This document shows positions 21,546-31,230 of a stretch of DNA of 64,000 nucleotides, in pieces. Numbering within the stretch: position 1 is the stretch's first letter; every line of letters begins with the position of its first letter. The stretch spans positions 3,040,001-3,104,000 of the forward strand of contig OZ251992.1 of assembly GCA_965246885.1 (NCBI GenBank), read 5' to 3'. The notes beneath the pieces were generated by a model, which saw only the letters and a list, made by a program, of their open reading frames with translations, did not search any database and was not told where the DNA came from. The DNA is from Abditibacterium sp. (lineage in GTDB: Bacteria; Armatimonadota; Abditibacteriia; Abditibacteriales; Abditibacteriaceae). Position numbers and translations under genes: made by a program.

Positions 21546-21580
21546 GGGGTAGAGTTTTTTACGATGTATAATTAAAGACA

Positions 21581-22162
21581 ATGTGTTTCACACCGATAGA
21601 GAACACCGCCTACCACGAAGCTGGTCACGCGGTTGCCAACGTAGCCCTTGGACGACAAATAGCTCGCCTTAGTATCATCCCCGAAGGCGAGCTATATGGT
21701 GTCTGCTCTCGTGTCCCCATGTCGGACGAGTTGCTTAACTTAGAGAACGAAATTGTCTCTCTTCTATCGGCAAAATTTTCAGAGGAGCTGCATGGCCCTC
21801 CATTACCAGCAGGAATCCAAGGTGACGAAAAGGTTGCCAAACCCATCGCGGTGCGTCTCTTAAAACAGAGGGGAGAGTGGGAAGAAGAACTCACAAACGA
21901 CGAGATAGATGCGATTAACGCTCCGTTTCTTGAGCGCCAACGGCGGCGCTCCGAGAATAACGAAGCGATAGATAGAAACAACGAGAAGATAGATGAGAAC
22001 TTATTTGCTCTGAAGGAGAAAGCCCGTCTTTTGATTCGAAAGCACGAGTTAGCAGTTCACAGAGTAGCTGCTGAGCTACTGGACAAGAGAGAGTTGATTG
22101 GTTCGGAAGCACATAACTTCGTCGAGAACGCCGTCTTGGAAGCCGAAAATTCGGGGGAATGA
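21581..22162 (+). CDS. Stand-alone FtsH-like (M41/M50-type) zinc peptidase domain protein
   Basis: TAYHEAGHAV, LSIIP, GD motif, AVHRVAAELLDKREL; no AAA or TM region; visibly AT-richer than its neighbours. Confidence 0.65.
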   Translation: MCFTPIENTAYHEAGHAVANVALGRQIARLSIIPEGELYGVCSRVPMSDELLNLENEIVSLLSAKFSEELHGPPLPAGIQGDEKVAKPIAVRLLKQRGEWEEELTNDEIDAINAPFLERQRRRSENNEAIDRNNEKIDENLFALKEKARLLIRKHELAVHRVAAELLDKRELIGSEAHNFVENAVLEAENSGE

Positions 22163-22217
22163 TTTGTGCAGAAGCGCGGCTCTATATCCCGTGCATTAGC
22201 ACCAGAACCGTTTATCG

Positions 22218-22441
22218 TCAATAATCGGCTTCCGTTAATTAACAAGACCCTCTTGTTAGTCAACGAGGGCCAATTCTTGTTCAATAAGAGCCTCTTAATG
22301 GTCAACGGGAGCCGATTGTTGGTCAAGGCGAGGCTCTTGATTACCGAGGAGAGGCTCTTATTGGCCAATGAGAGCCGATTCTTAGTCAATGAGAGCCGAT
22401 TATTGTTCAACGCGAGGCTCTTGTTAATCAACAATCGGCTC
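22218..22441. repeat. Degenerate 21-bp tandem array (~11 units)
   Basis: (T/C)CAA-type word every 21 nt from 22218 to 22428, e.g. GTCAATGAGAGCCGATTATTG. Confidence 0.9.
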
Positions 22442-22465
22442 GGCGCGAGAAGCAATGGGTGTTCA

Positions 22466-22603
22466 TCGGGGATATAAAATCCCCGGCATCCGGGCGCGGG
22501 CGCCCAAGTGTCCTGCCGGACACGCTTCCCTTGCCAACTCTCTAAACCCCGCGTCCGGCAGGACGCTTGGCGAAGCCGGATGCCGGGGATTTTATATCCC
22601 CGA
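22466..22603. repeat. REPIN/MITE-like palindromic element
   Basis: 28-bp perfect terminal inverted repeats (22466-22493, 22576-22603), each containing the hairpin CGGGGAT-ATAAA-ATCCCCG; inner 21-bp inverted repeat 22504-22524 / 22550-22570 with 2 mismatches. Confidence 0.85.
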
Positions 22604-22612
22604 AAAACCGGA

Positions 22613-25279
22613 CTACGCCACGTCCATCCCTTCGCCGCTTTGTTGAATAAGTTTCGCAACCAGCGCCGTCCAGCCGGTTTGGTGACTGGCGCCCAAACCT
22701 TTCCCTGTGTCGCCGTGAAAATACTCGAAGAACTGGAGGTGGTCGCGGAAGTGGGGGTCGGATTGCAGGGTAGCGTTGTCGCCCCAAATGCGGCGGTGGC
22801 CGTTCGCGTCGAGGGTGAAGAGGCGGATGAGGCGGCGGGAAAGGAGGGTGGACACGTCCCACAGACTGAGCATCGTGTTGGGGTCGTCGGGCGAGGGGAC
22901 GGCGAAAGTGTCGCCGTAGAAGAAGTCGAACTTTTGGAGCGCCTCGATGAGCAGGTAGTTGATGGGAAACCAGACCGGGCCGCGCCAGTTGGAGTTGCCG
23001 CCGAACAGACTCGTCGTGCTTTCGCCCGGTTCGTAGTCGAGCGTCCACGAGTGGCCGTCGAGGTGGACGGTGAGCGGGTTCTGAGCGTGGAACTTCGAGA
23101 CCGAGCGCAAACCGCCGTCGCTGAGGAACTCGTTGGGGTCGAGCATCCGCGATAGGAGGCGGCGCAGGCGCGTTTCGTCCACGACCGAAAACAAGCGGCG
23201 CGCTTTCATGCCCTGCACCGTGAGGCTCGCGGCGTTGCGCGTCAGGTCGGGTCGGTGCGCGAGGAACCACTCCATGCGCGAGCGGAAATCCGGCAGGCGT
23301 TCGAGGACAGACTCTTCGATGGTTTCGACGGCCAGCAAGGGGATGAGGCCGACGAGCGTGCGGGTGCGAACGAACTGCGGCGGCGCGTCGCGCGTTTGCA
23401 GCACGTCGTAATAAAAGCCATCCTCTTCGTCCCAGAGGTCAATGCCCGCTTCGCGCATCATCATCGAGCGGTCGTTCATGGCGTGCGCGATATAAAAGAA
23501 GTGCTCCAAGAACTTGCTCGCCATGTCCTCGTAGGTGTTGTCTTCCGCCGCTAATTCGAGGGAGATAGCGAGCATGTTCAAGCAATACATCGCCATCCAC
23601 GCCGTGCCGTCGGCTTGGTCTAACTGCGCGCCGTTGGGGAGCGGCGCGCTCCTGTCGAAGACGCCGATGTTGTCCAGCCCTAAAAAGCCGCCCTGGAAGA
23701 CGTTGCGCCCCTGCGCGTCTTTGCGGTTCACCCACCAAGTGAAATTGAGCAGCAACTTGTGGAAGACGCGCTCCAGAAAGTCGCGGTCGCCCGTTCCGGT
23801 GCGCTTGCGTTCGATGCGGTAAACGCGCAGCGCCGCCCACGCATGGACCGGCGGGTTGACATCGCCAAAGGCCCACTCGTAGGCGGCCAGTTGCCCGTTC
23901 GGGTGCATCACCCATTCGCGCAAGGACAGCAGCAGTTGCTCCTTGGCGAATTCGGCGTCCATGATCGCGAACGTGACGCAGTGAAACGCCAAGTCCCACG
24001 CGGCGAACCAAGGGTATTCCCACACATCGGGCATGGACATGACGCCGTTGACGTTGAGGTGCGTCCAGTCATGGTCGCGCCCGCCCCAACGCGCGTCGGG
24101 CGGCGCTGGTTGCGCGGGGTCGCCGCTCAGCCATTTGAACACGTTGAAGTTGTAAAACTGCTTGCCCCACAGCAGCCCCGCGAGGGCTTGGCGTTGCACG
24201 CGCTTTTGGTCGAGGTCGGCGCCAGAGGGTGCGAGCGCCCCAAAGAACTCGTCGGCCTCCTTGCGCCGCGTTTCGACCAACTCATCGAAAGCGGCGCCCA
24301 AACTCTCGCCTTCGTGCTCCTCGTCCGACAAGCGCAAGCGAATCCGCGCCGACGCGCCGCCCGCGATTTCGAGGACATAATGCGCCGCCGCCTTAGTGCC
24401 GACTTGCCGGGGATTAACTGCGGTTTTGTCGCCTTGGACGACGTAGTTGCCGATGCCGTCTTTAACAAAAGGCGTCGAGTTGGGCACGTCGTAAAGGCGC
24501 TTCGCGTTGGTCTCGTTGTCGCAAAACAGCGCCGCCGCGTCGCCTTGCGCCCGCAGAAGGTAGGGGCCAAACCCCGGCTTTTCGGCGCGGAACTTCAGTC
24601 CCGATGCGGCGTATTCGAGGTTGATGCGCGGCTTATCCGCCACTCCCCTCCACGCCCATGTGTTGCGAAACCACAGCGTTGGCAACAGGTGCAAAGTCTG
24701 CGCGTCCGGCCCGCGATTGTGCGCGGTGATTTGGATGAGCGTATCAGTGGGCGCCGCTTTGATGTACTCAATTTCAACGTCGAAATACCTATCTCCATCG
24801 AAGACGCTGGTATCTAAGAGTTCAAACTCTGGCTGCGACTTGTTGCGCGCGGCATTTCCCTCGACCAGTTGCGCGTAGGGAAAGGCGGCGTGCGGGTATT
24901 TGTAGAGGGCGCGGTTGTAGGAGTGGCTGGGCGTGGCGTCGAGGAAATAAAGTAGCTCCTTGACATCCTCGCCATGCACACCCTCGTTGCCGCCCAAACC
25001 GAACAACCGTTCTTTGAGAATGGGGTCGCGCCCGTTCCACAAAGCGAGCGCGAAGCACAAGTTCTGCCCGTCGTCGCACCACCCCGCCAGCCCGTCCTCG
25101 TTCCAGCGATACGCTTTGGAGCGCGCGTGGTCGTGCGGCAAATAATCCCACGCGCGGCCATCGGGCGAATAATCTTCGCGCACCGACCCCCACGCGCGCT
25201 CGGCCAGATACGGCCCCCATTTGCGCCAGTTCTGGGTGTCATCTTGGTTCTCTTGAAGGCGGGTTTGTTCGGGAAGCAT
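22613..25279 (-). CDS. Glycoside hydrolase family 63-like glucosidase (MGH1-like)
   Basis: WGPYLAERAWG, SMPDVWEYPWFAAWDLAFH, NPPVHAWA, GGNSNWRGPVW, FFEYFHGDTGKGLGASHQTGWT. Confidence 0.9.
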   Translation of the reverse strand: MLPEQTRLQENQDDTQNWRKWGPYLAERAWGSVREDYSPDGRAWDYLPHDHARSKAYRWNEDGLAGWCDDGQNLCFALALWNGRDPILKERLFGLGGNEGVHGEDVKELLYFLDATPSHSYNRALYKYPHAAFPYAQLVEGNAARNKSQPEFELLDTSVFDGDRYFDVEIEYIKAAPTDTLIQITAHNRGPDAQTLHLLPTLWFRNTWAWRGVADKPRINLEYAASGLKFRAEKPGFGPYLLRAQGDAAALFCDNETNAKRLYDVPNSTPFVKDGIGNYVVQGDKTAVNPRQVGTKAAAHYVLEIAGGASARIRLRLSDEEHEGESLGAAFDELVETRRKEADEFFGALAPSGADLDQKRVQRQALAGLLWGKQFYNFNVFKWLSGDPAQPAPPDARWGGRDHDWTHLNVNGVMSMPDVWEYPWFAAWDLAFHCVTFAIMDAEFAKEQLLLSLREWVMHPNGQLAAYEWAFGDVNPPVHAWAALRVYRIERKRTGTGDRDFLERVFHKLLLNFTWWVNRKDAQGRNVFQGGFLGLDNIGVFDRSAPLPNGAQLDQADGTAWMAMYCLNMLAISLELAAEDNTYEDMASKFLEHFFYIAHAMNDRSMMMREAGIDLWDEEDGFYYDVLQTRDAPPQFVRTRTLVGLIPLLAVETIEESVLERLPDFRSRMEWFLAHRPDLTRNAASLTVQGMKARRLFSVVDETRLRRLLSRMLDPNEFLSDGGLRSVSKFHAQNPLTVHLDGHSWTLDYEPGESTTSLFGGNSNWRGPVWFPINYLLIEALQKFDFFYGDTFAVPSPDDPNTMLSLWDVSTLLSRRLIRLFTLDANGHRRIWGDNATLQSDPHFRDHLQFFEYFHGDTGKGLGASHQTGWTALVAKLIQQSGEGMDVA

Positions 25280-26058
25280 TAATACAAAGTGACTTGCTGC
25301 GTCAACCCGCCGTCGACGTAATACGTCGAACCGGTCACGTATTCCGATTCATCGCTGGCCAAGAACGCCGCGACTGCTGCGACTTCTTCGGGCTTTCCAA
25401 AACGGCCCCAAGGAATTTCGGTGAGCGCATTTTTCAGGGCTTCGGGGTCGGACAAAACGCTCTGATTAATGGGCGTAGCGATGGCGCCGGGAGCGATGTT
25501 GTTGACGTTGATTTTGTTGGGCGCCAGTTCCATTGCGAGGTTGCGCATCATCATGCGCATGGCGCCCTTGCTCGCGCAGTACGCGGTGTAGCCGGGGAAC
25601 GGAATGTCCTCGTGAACCGAGGAAATGTTGATGATTTTGCCGCCGCCGCCCTGCGCGATCATCTGGCGCGCACCGAGTTGGGATATAAGGAAGGCGCCGA
25701 ACAGGTTGACGTTGAGGACTTTGTTCCACTCGTCGTCGGTCACGTCCAGGAACGGCTTTTTGAACTCGATGCCCGCGTTGTTGACCACAATATCTATGCG
25801 CCCGAACTGCTTGACTACGGCGTCGAACATGGCTTGCACGTCGTCGCGTTTGGACACGTCGCCGCCAACGGCAATGCCGGTTTCGCCGTAGGTCTTGTCG
25901 AAGTCGTCCACTTCGGCCTGCGCGTCGGCGGCGTTGTGGCCAACCGGCAAGTAATTGACGGCGACGTGGGCGCCCTCTTGGGCAAAGCGGGTGGCGATGG
26001 CCTTGCCAATGCCGGAGTTGGCGCCCGAAATCAGCGCGACTTTGTCTTTGAGCTTCAT
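25279..26058 (-). CDS. SDR oxidoreductase, glucose 1-dehydrogenase-like
   Basis: GANSGIG, NNAG, SSVHEDIP, YCASK, PGAIATPIN. Confidence 0.88.
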   Translation of the reverse strand: MKLKDKVALISGANSGIGKAIATRFAQEGAHVAVNYLPVGHNAADAQAEVDDFDKTYGETGIAVGGDVSKRDDVQAMFDAVVKQFGRIDIVVNNAGIEFKKPFLDVTDDEWNKVLNVNLFGAFLISQLGARQMIAQGGGGKIINISSVHEDIPFPGYTAYCASKGAMRMMMRNLAMELAPNKINVNNIAPGAIATPINQSVLSDPEALKNALTEIPWGRFGKPEEVAAVAAFLASDESEYVTGSTYYVDGGLTQQVTLY

Positions 26059-26130
26059 AGCGGCCCCAGTTTGGAACACTTTGGGTGCCAAGACAGGAAT
26101 GTTTGGCGTATTCCCAAAGGAAACTGTTCC

Positions 26131-26742
26131 CTACCCCAACACCCAGTCACGCACCGTCGAGATAGCCTCGCGCAGGCAGTAAAAGAGGCGCGTTTGCGGC
26201 GGAAGCGCATCCCACCCCGCGAGGGCGGGCGAAGTCGTGGCAACCAACCCGACGCGCTCCAAGTCGCGGCGGCACCGGAGCAAGTGGAACGGGTCGGACA
26301 CGGCGATGACGTGGGCGCCGTGCGGCAAAAGTGCGGCGGCGAATTGGGCGTTTTCGCGGGTGGAGGTGGAGCGCTCTTCGCGCAAAATGGCGCTGGCGGG
26401 CACGCCCCAGCGTTCCAACAGGGCGGTCTCGACTATGGACTCGGCGGGCGGGTTGTCCCCGACGCCGCCGGTGCAGACTATCTTGGGCGCGAAGCCGCGC
26501 TTCCAAAGCTCGAAGGCATGGCGCGAGCGAAAGTAAAGCAGCGTCGAGGGCGCCCCGCCCGGTTGTACCCTCGCGCCGAAGACCACAATAGCGGCGGCGG
26601 GAGTCGCCCGCTCAACCCGTCCCCAGCGTTCGATCCACGCGCCCAATCCATACAGCGCCAGCAATGGTAAGGCACCAAGGAGAAGAAGGGCCAGAACGAA
26701 ACGGCGGCGGCGCGCGGCGGGTTGGCGGAGGAGGCGGGGCAT
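26131..26742 (-). CDS. YdcF/DUF218 family protein
   Basis: N-terminal TM helix, VVFGA, TGG, EERSTSTRENA, SDPFHLLR, LRE. Confidence 0.85.
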   Translation of the reverse strand: MPRLLRQPAARRRRFVLALLLLGALPLLALYGLGAWIERWGRVERATPAAAIVVFGARVQPGGAPSTLLYFRSRHAFELWKRGFAPKIVCTGGVGDNPPAESIVETALLERWGVPASAILREERSTSTRENAQFAAALLPHGAHVIAVSDPFHLLRCRRDLERVGLVATTSPALAGWDALPPQTRLFYCLREAISTVRDWVLG

Positions 26743-26760
26743 GGCAGTGGGCGTTCGCTC

Positions 26761-27621
26761 TTAAAAAGAAAGTCCGCGCGCGACCACGTGGTTGGGGTCA
26801 ACCGGCTCCTGCTCGATGCGGACTTCCCAGTGCAGATGCGGGCCGGTGACAAAGCCGGTCGCGCCGACTTTGCCGATCTCCGCGCCCTTCCCGACGGCTT
26901 GTCCCTCGCTGACTTCGCGCTTGGACAAGTGCATATACACCGAGAAGACGTTGCAGCCGTGATCTATCACCACGCAGTTGCCGCGCAGAGCGGGCAAGTA
27001 GGCGCTCAAGGCGACGCGGCCAGAGTTGGCGGCGTGGACGGGGGTGCCCAAACCGGCGCGCACGTCGGCGCCGTTGTGCTGGCCCCACCATTTGCCGTTG
27101 ACAAAGCGCCGCCGTCCGTATGCTGAAGTCGCCCCGCCCGCACAGGGAACAATCCAGTTGCCCTTCCAAAGCGGCGCCGCGTAGGAGTCGGCCATCTTGC
27201 TTTGCACGTAGAGTTTCTCGGCGTGGAGGGCATCCTTGGCGTCCATCTTGGCGGCGGTGCGGGAATCGCGCATGGTGATGTATTGCGTGGGATAGAGGCG
27301 CGTGCGGCCTTGGAAAGTCACGCGAATGGTCTGCGCACCCTTGTCGGTTTCGACGCGCGCCGCAAGTGGGAACGCGCCGCCCTTGCGGTCGAAAGGAAAG
27401 CCCACGAAAGCGCGCGCGCTTCCATCGGGGCGGGTGTAGAACTTCACCTCTTTGGTATCGAAGGCGCTCATGCCAATGGCTTGGATATGCTCACCATTGT
27501 CGGGCGCGACGGTAAGCGTCAGGATGTCGCCCGGTTGGGCGCCTTGCGGGGCAATGGAGAGGCTCGCGGCGTGCGCGGACGCGCACAGTGTAAGGAAGGC
27601 GGGGAGAAAGAAGCGGTTCAT
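26761..27621 (-). CDS. M23 family metallopeptidase
   Basis: HNGAD, YMHL, GATGFVTGPHLHWE; signal peptide. Confidence 0.9.
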   Translation of the reverse strand: MNRFFLPAFLTLCASAHAASLSIAPQGAQPGDILTLTVAPDNGEHIQAIGMSAFDTKEVKFYTRPDGSARAFVGFPFDRKGGAFPLAARVETDKGAQTIRVTFQGRTRLYPTQYITMRDSRTAAKMDAKDALHAEKLYVQSKMADSYAAPLWKGNWIVPCAGGATSAYGRRRFVNGKWWGQHNGADVRAGLGTPVHAANSGRVALSAYLPALRGNCVVIDHGCNVFSVYMHLSKREVSEGQAVGKGAEIGKVGATGFVTGPHLHWEVRIEQEPVDPNHVVARGLSF

Positions 27622-27657
27622 GCCACCACAGTTTGCAGAGCCGCCGCGCGCCGTGTG

Positions 27658-28230
27658 TCAGGGTTTGGCGGCCATCTCGCGCGCCAACCGCTCCACTTCA
27701 CGCGGGTTCTCGATGCCGTAAAAGCCGACTTCGACGGTTTTAGTATCGCCATCATTATCTTTAACTGCGCTCCTCAGAACGAGGTCGCCGCGCCCATTCG
27801 CGCTCTCGGTGCGCTCAAGGGAGAACTCGGACGGCAGGATGCTTTGCACTTTGGTGGCGCTTCCCGTAACGACAACGAGGGCGCGGCGGTCGGTAAGGGC
27901 GTAGAAGGTGCGCGTCGCCTTGGCGCGCTCAGTGAACGGCGACAGCACTCCCGCAACAGCGACGCCCACGAAAAGGAGGCCGAACGCGGGAAAGCAGATG
28001 CTAAACAAGTCGGGCGTTTTCCCGGCGGCGAGGCTCTGTCGCACGGGCGTTGTGGCAATCCCCATCCAAAACAGCGAGAAAGCGAGCATGAACAGCATCG
28101 CTGGAAAGTATCTGAAAGCCCGTTTTTGCATGCGCGCCGGGTCGGGTTGTCCGGCCCACACGACGCGCTCGCCCGCGTCGAGTTCGCGCGCGATGGCCGG
28201 GGTGTCGGCGGAGATGGTATAGGGCGACAT
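27658..28230 (-). CDS. Membrane protein with two TM helices and a PH-like C-terminal domain
   Basis: GERVVWAGQP, two hydrophobic helices, YALTDRR, GRGDL, FYGIENPREV. Confidence 0.7.
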   Translation of the reverse strand: MSPYTISADTPAIARELDAGERVVWAGQPDPARMQKRAFRYFPAMLFMLAFSLFWMGIATTPVRQSLAAGKTPDLFSICFPAFGLLFVGVAVAGVLSPFTERAKATRTFYALTDRRALVVVTGSATKVQSILPSEFSLERTESANGRGDLVLRSAVKDNDGDTKTVEVGFYGIENPREVERLAREMAAKP

Positions 28231-28296
28231 AAACCGTAGTCTGCTATTTTCGAGGACGCCTTGACGCGCGCCTCCAAAGCGGGAAACTGCGCGGAG

Positions 28297-31080
28297 ATGA
28301 AGTTCGGTCGCTTTGGCTGGAAGCGGGCCTGCGAGTGGGCGGGGGTACTGCGGGTGTGGGCGTCGCCGGGAACCAACCCGTTCGTGGCACAGGCGGCGCG
28401 CGTCGAGGAACGGCGGCGCTTGCCGTTTCGGGTCGCGTTCTGGTGGGCGGCGTGGTTTGGGGTGGCGTGGTTCTTCGCGTGGTCGGTAGACAGTGGATTG
28501 GGGCGGCACCCCTACCCGGCAGTGACGGCGGCGCAAACGGCGGTTGGTCTGGCGTGGCTGTGGGCCTTTTTCGCCGCGCGATTGCGGTTGGCGAGCGCGC
28601 TGCAAAGCGAGTGGATTAAAGCGCGCCTCGCGCCCATCCTGCTGTCGCGCTTGTCGCCCGACGAGGTGGCGGCGCGCGCGGGAGCGCCCGCGTTTTGGCT
28701 CGGCTTATTGGTGGCGGCAATGGGCTTACCGGCGTGGGCGTTCGGGCTGGCGCTGGGGTTCTTTAGCCCGCTTGATGCGTTGGGGTACGCGCTACTTTTG
28801 GCTCTGGCCATCGTGGGTTTCCCGGTTTGGAGCGCGACGCTGTGGGAAGCGCAAGTGAACGCGCGGGCGCGCCTCAAAGCGGGCGCGACGCCCTCGGCGA
28901 CCAAGCGCCGCGTGGCAACAACGACGACCAACGCGGGGCCAATGTCGCTGTCGCGGGCAGTGTTCCTCTCGCTGTTCGTGGTAGGGCAGGCGCTCGTCTT
29001 CTCGGTTCAACTGCCGATGATGATGTCGCTGGGAACGTGGGTGGCAATGTGGCCCTACGAAGTCACCCACCTCTTCATGCGGCCCTACATGTATCCGCTT
29101 TTGCTCGCACGGCTGTTGGTTTACCCCTTGCCCTTCTACGCCGCGTCGCTCCCGTTGGCCCTCGCACTCGCGCCGTTTTGGATCAACGGACTGCGCGACT
29201 CGCACGCACGACTAAGCGCCTCCCTCGAAGCGCGGAGCGACTCGGCAGAGAAGCGGGCGGCGCGGGTGGCGGCGATTTGGCGCCCGATACGCGGGTTGTG
29301 GGCGCCGCTTCTGCTCGGCTTCCTGTTGCCCGTCGCGTATCAGGACGGTTGGCTCGGAGCGTGGCGCATCGGAGCGGTGGCGATGCCGACCAAAGCGGGC
29401 GTGGACGCTTCGGTCACGCTGAGTTTGTGGCACGGCCTCATCGCTATGGCAACCTTTGCTTCGTCGTTTTGGCTGAGGGCGCGCGTGGCCAAGGGCGCGG
29501 CGGTGGTGGAATGGCCCATATTGCGGCGGCAGTGGGCGCGCGTCGCGGCGCGCACCTTTGGAGTAGCGACGCTGGTGGGCACACTCGCGCCGCTCGCGTG
29601 CGGACATACTCCCTTCCCCGCGCCATTCGGGGTGCTGGCGGCGCAACTGGCGCTCGTGGCGGGAATGTGGCTGACGCTGCAAGTGGCCATAGCGCGCTTA
29701 CAGTCGGTGCGAGGCGTGACCTCCGGGTTCGGGCGGAGCGCGCTCGATTGGGGCGTAATACTGTGGCTCGTTGGTATCCCGTTCCTCATTACAGCCGTGC
29801 CCGCGCTGGTGACGTGGGGCGTCGTGTTCGTCAACCCGCTTAAGTGGCCGATGTGCCTCGCGTCTCCGGTGACGCTGTGGTTCGCGCCGCGCTTTGCCCA
29901 GTCGCTCGACTCGCCCCTCTTCTACGGCGCGGCGGTCGGGCATGGGATGTTGGCGGGCGCGCTGTTGCTGTACACTCGGACGCTGAAAGCGTCCGAGGGG
30001 AAGCCCGCTAAAGCGGCGAGACGGCGGCGACTGAGCGCAGCGACGCGCCGCAAACTCGCGCTGAACCCGCAAGCGGCCCAAGAGGAACAGGCGCTGCAAC
30101 AGTCCCGCGAGGAAACGCTCCAAACCGTCCTCGAAGCGCGCCAGCAACAGGACGCGCCCACCGCCAAGACGCCCGCGCCTCCCCTCAACACCCTCGACAC
30201 CGACGCGCCCGAAACGGCGGCGCTTCGCACCATCACCCGCCCGCCGCTCCCCAAGCCCAACGCCGCGCAGGAGCGGTTTCTGGGGCGCTTTGGGCGCTTG
30301 GACAACCCCCTGCTGCTCTTGGAAATGCGGCGCGCAATGGGACAAATTGATTGGGCGACAAACGCGCGCTACGGCGCCGAAGCGGGCGCTATTGCGGTTG
30401 TTATTTTCTCGATTGTCGTGCCAGCCATTTACCTGCTGATGAACTTGCTCACGGGGCCGACGCCGCCCAAAGGCAGTCCGCCGACTTTCGCTGGCATGGA
30501 GTGGGTGTTCGCCGGGTTCACCTTGCTGGGCTTGGTCATTGCGGTTGCCGACATCGTTCAAAAAGTTGAGTCGCTGTATGCCCGCGACCGCTTGGACGGC
30601 GCGCTGGACTTTTTGTGGCTTTCTCCCATGACGACGCAAGAGATCGTGATGGGCAAGCTCGGCCCGCCGCTTATCAAGGCGACGCTTTACATGGCGGCGT
30701 TCTGGCCCGCGCTGCTTACCATCTCCGCCCTCTTGTCGCTCGCGGGCGATTATCGTTTGTGGCCCTTTGCCGTTGTGATGCCCATTTTTGTCTGGGCGTT
30801 CGCGGCGCGCGGGGTGGCGTGGTTGCACCTAACGGGCGTGGCAAAAACCTCCTCCCGCTTCGCGCTGTATGTTGCAGGAGTGGGGTTGGGCGCGCTGTTG
30901 TTGCCGCTCGCCGTTGGCATTGGTTACGCCTTTTCGCTGCTGTTGGGCGACTTCGACACGGCGGATTTCTCGCCGCTTCTTTGGTGGGCGCTCGCTTCCA
31001 CTGTAGCGTGTTTGCTCGATTGCTGGTTGCCGCTCGCGTGGAGCCTGCGGCTGCTGGAGCGCGAGCGAGTGCGGCGCTAA
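28297..31080 (+). CDS. Large polytopic membrane protein with two ABC-2 permease-like modules
   Basis: Many TM helices; repeated motifs NPFV../NPLL.. and LLSRLSPDEV / LWLSPMTTQEIVMGK. Confidence 0.65.
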   Translation: MKFGRFGWKRACEWAGVLRVWASPGTNPFVAQAARVEERRRLPFRVAFWWAAWFGVAWFFAWSVDSGLGRHPYPAVTAAQTAVGLAWLWAFFAARLRLASALQSEWIKARLAPILLSRLSPDEVAARAGAPAFWLGLLVAAMGLPAWAFGLALGFFSPLDALGYALLLALAIVGFPVWSATLWEAQVNARARLKAGATPSATKRRVATTTTNAGPMSLSRAVFLSLFVVGQALVFSVQLPMMMSLGTWVAMWPYEVTHLFMRPYMYPLLLARLLVYPLPFYAASLPLALALAPFWINGLRDSHARLSASLEARSDSAEKRAARVAAIWRPIRGLWAPLLLGFLLPVAYQDGWLGAWRIGAVAMPTKAGVDASVTLSLWHGLIAMATFASSFWLRARVAKGAAVVEWPILRRQWARVAARTFGVATLVGTLAPLACGHTPFPAPFGVLAAQLALVAGMWLTLQVAIARLQSVRGVTSGFGRSALDWGVILWLVGIPFLITAVPALVTWGVVFVNPLKWPMCLASPVTLWFAPRFAQSLDSPLFYGAAVGHGMLAGALLLYTRTLKASEGKPAKAARRRRLSAATRRKLALNPQAAQEEQALQQSREETLQTVLEARQQQDAPTAKTPAPPLNTLDTDAPETAALRTITRPPLPKPNAAQERFLGRFGRLDNPLLLLEMRRAMGQIDWATNARYGAEAGAIAVVIFSIVVPAIYLLMNLLTGPTPPKGSPPTFAGMEWVFAGFTLLGLVIAVADIVQKVESLYARDRLDGALDFLWLSPMTTQEIVMGKLGPPLIKATLYMAAFWPALLTISALLSLAGDYRLWPFAVVMPIFVWAFAARGVAWLHLTGVAKTSSRFALYVAGVGLGALLLPLAVGIGYAFSLLLGDFDTADFSPLLWWALASTVACLLDCWLPLAWSLRLLERERVRR

Positions 31081-31093
31081 AATGGACGAGCCG

Positions 31094-31229
31094 CCGGGGT
31101 GGGCGGATGGGCCGCCGGGTTAATTCTTTCGTCGGCGCATGTAATTCTTGCTTCCACCGACGTGCGCCACCCGTCGGCGCGTACGCGCCGACGAAAGAAT
31201 TAACCCGGCGGCCCATCCGCCCACCCCGG
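31094..31229. repeat. Long palindrome (45-bp perfect arms) between convergent genes
   Basis: 31094-31138 is the exact reverse complement of 31185-31229; TAATTCT at 31121 and 31142 (21 nt apart). Confidence 0.92.
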
Positions 31230-31230
31230 T

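Noticed and set aside
15912..22162. ARC and the stand-alone M41-like peptidase as a split FtsH-like protease
   Set aside because: They are ~4 kb apart, separated by unrelated genes and a terminator, and differ in base composition; only proximity supports it.
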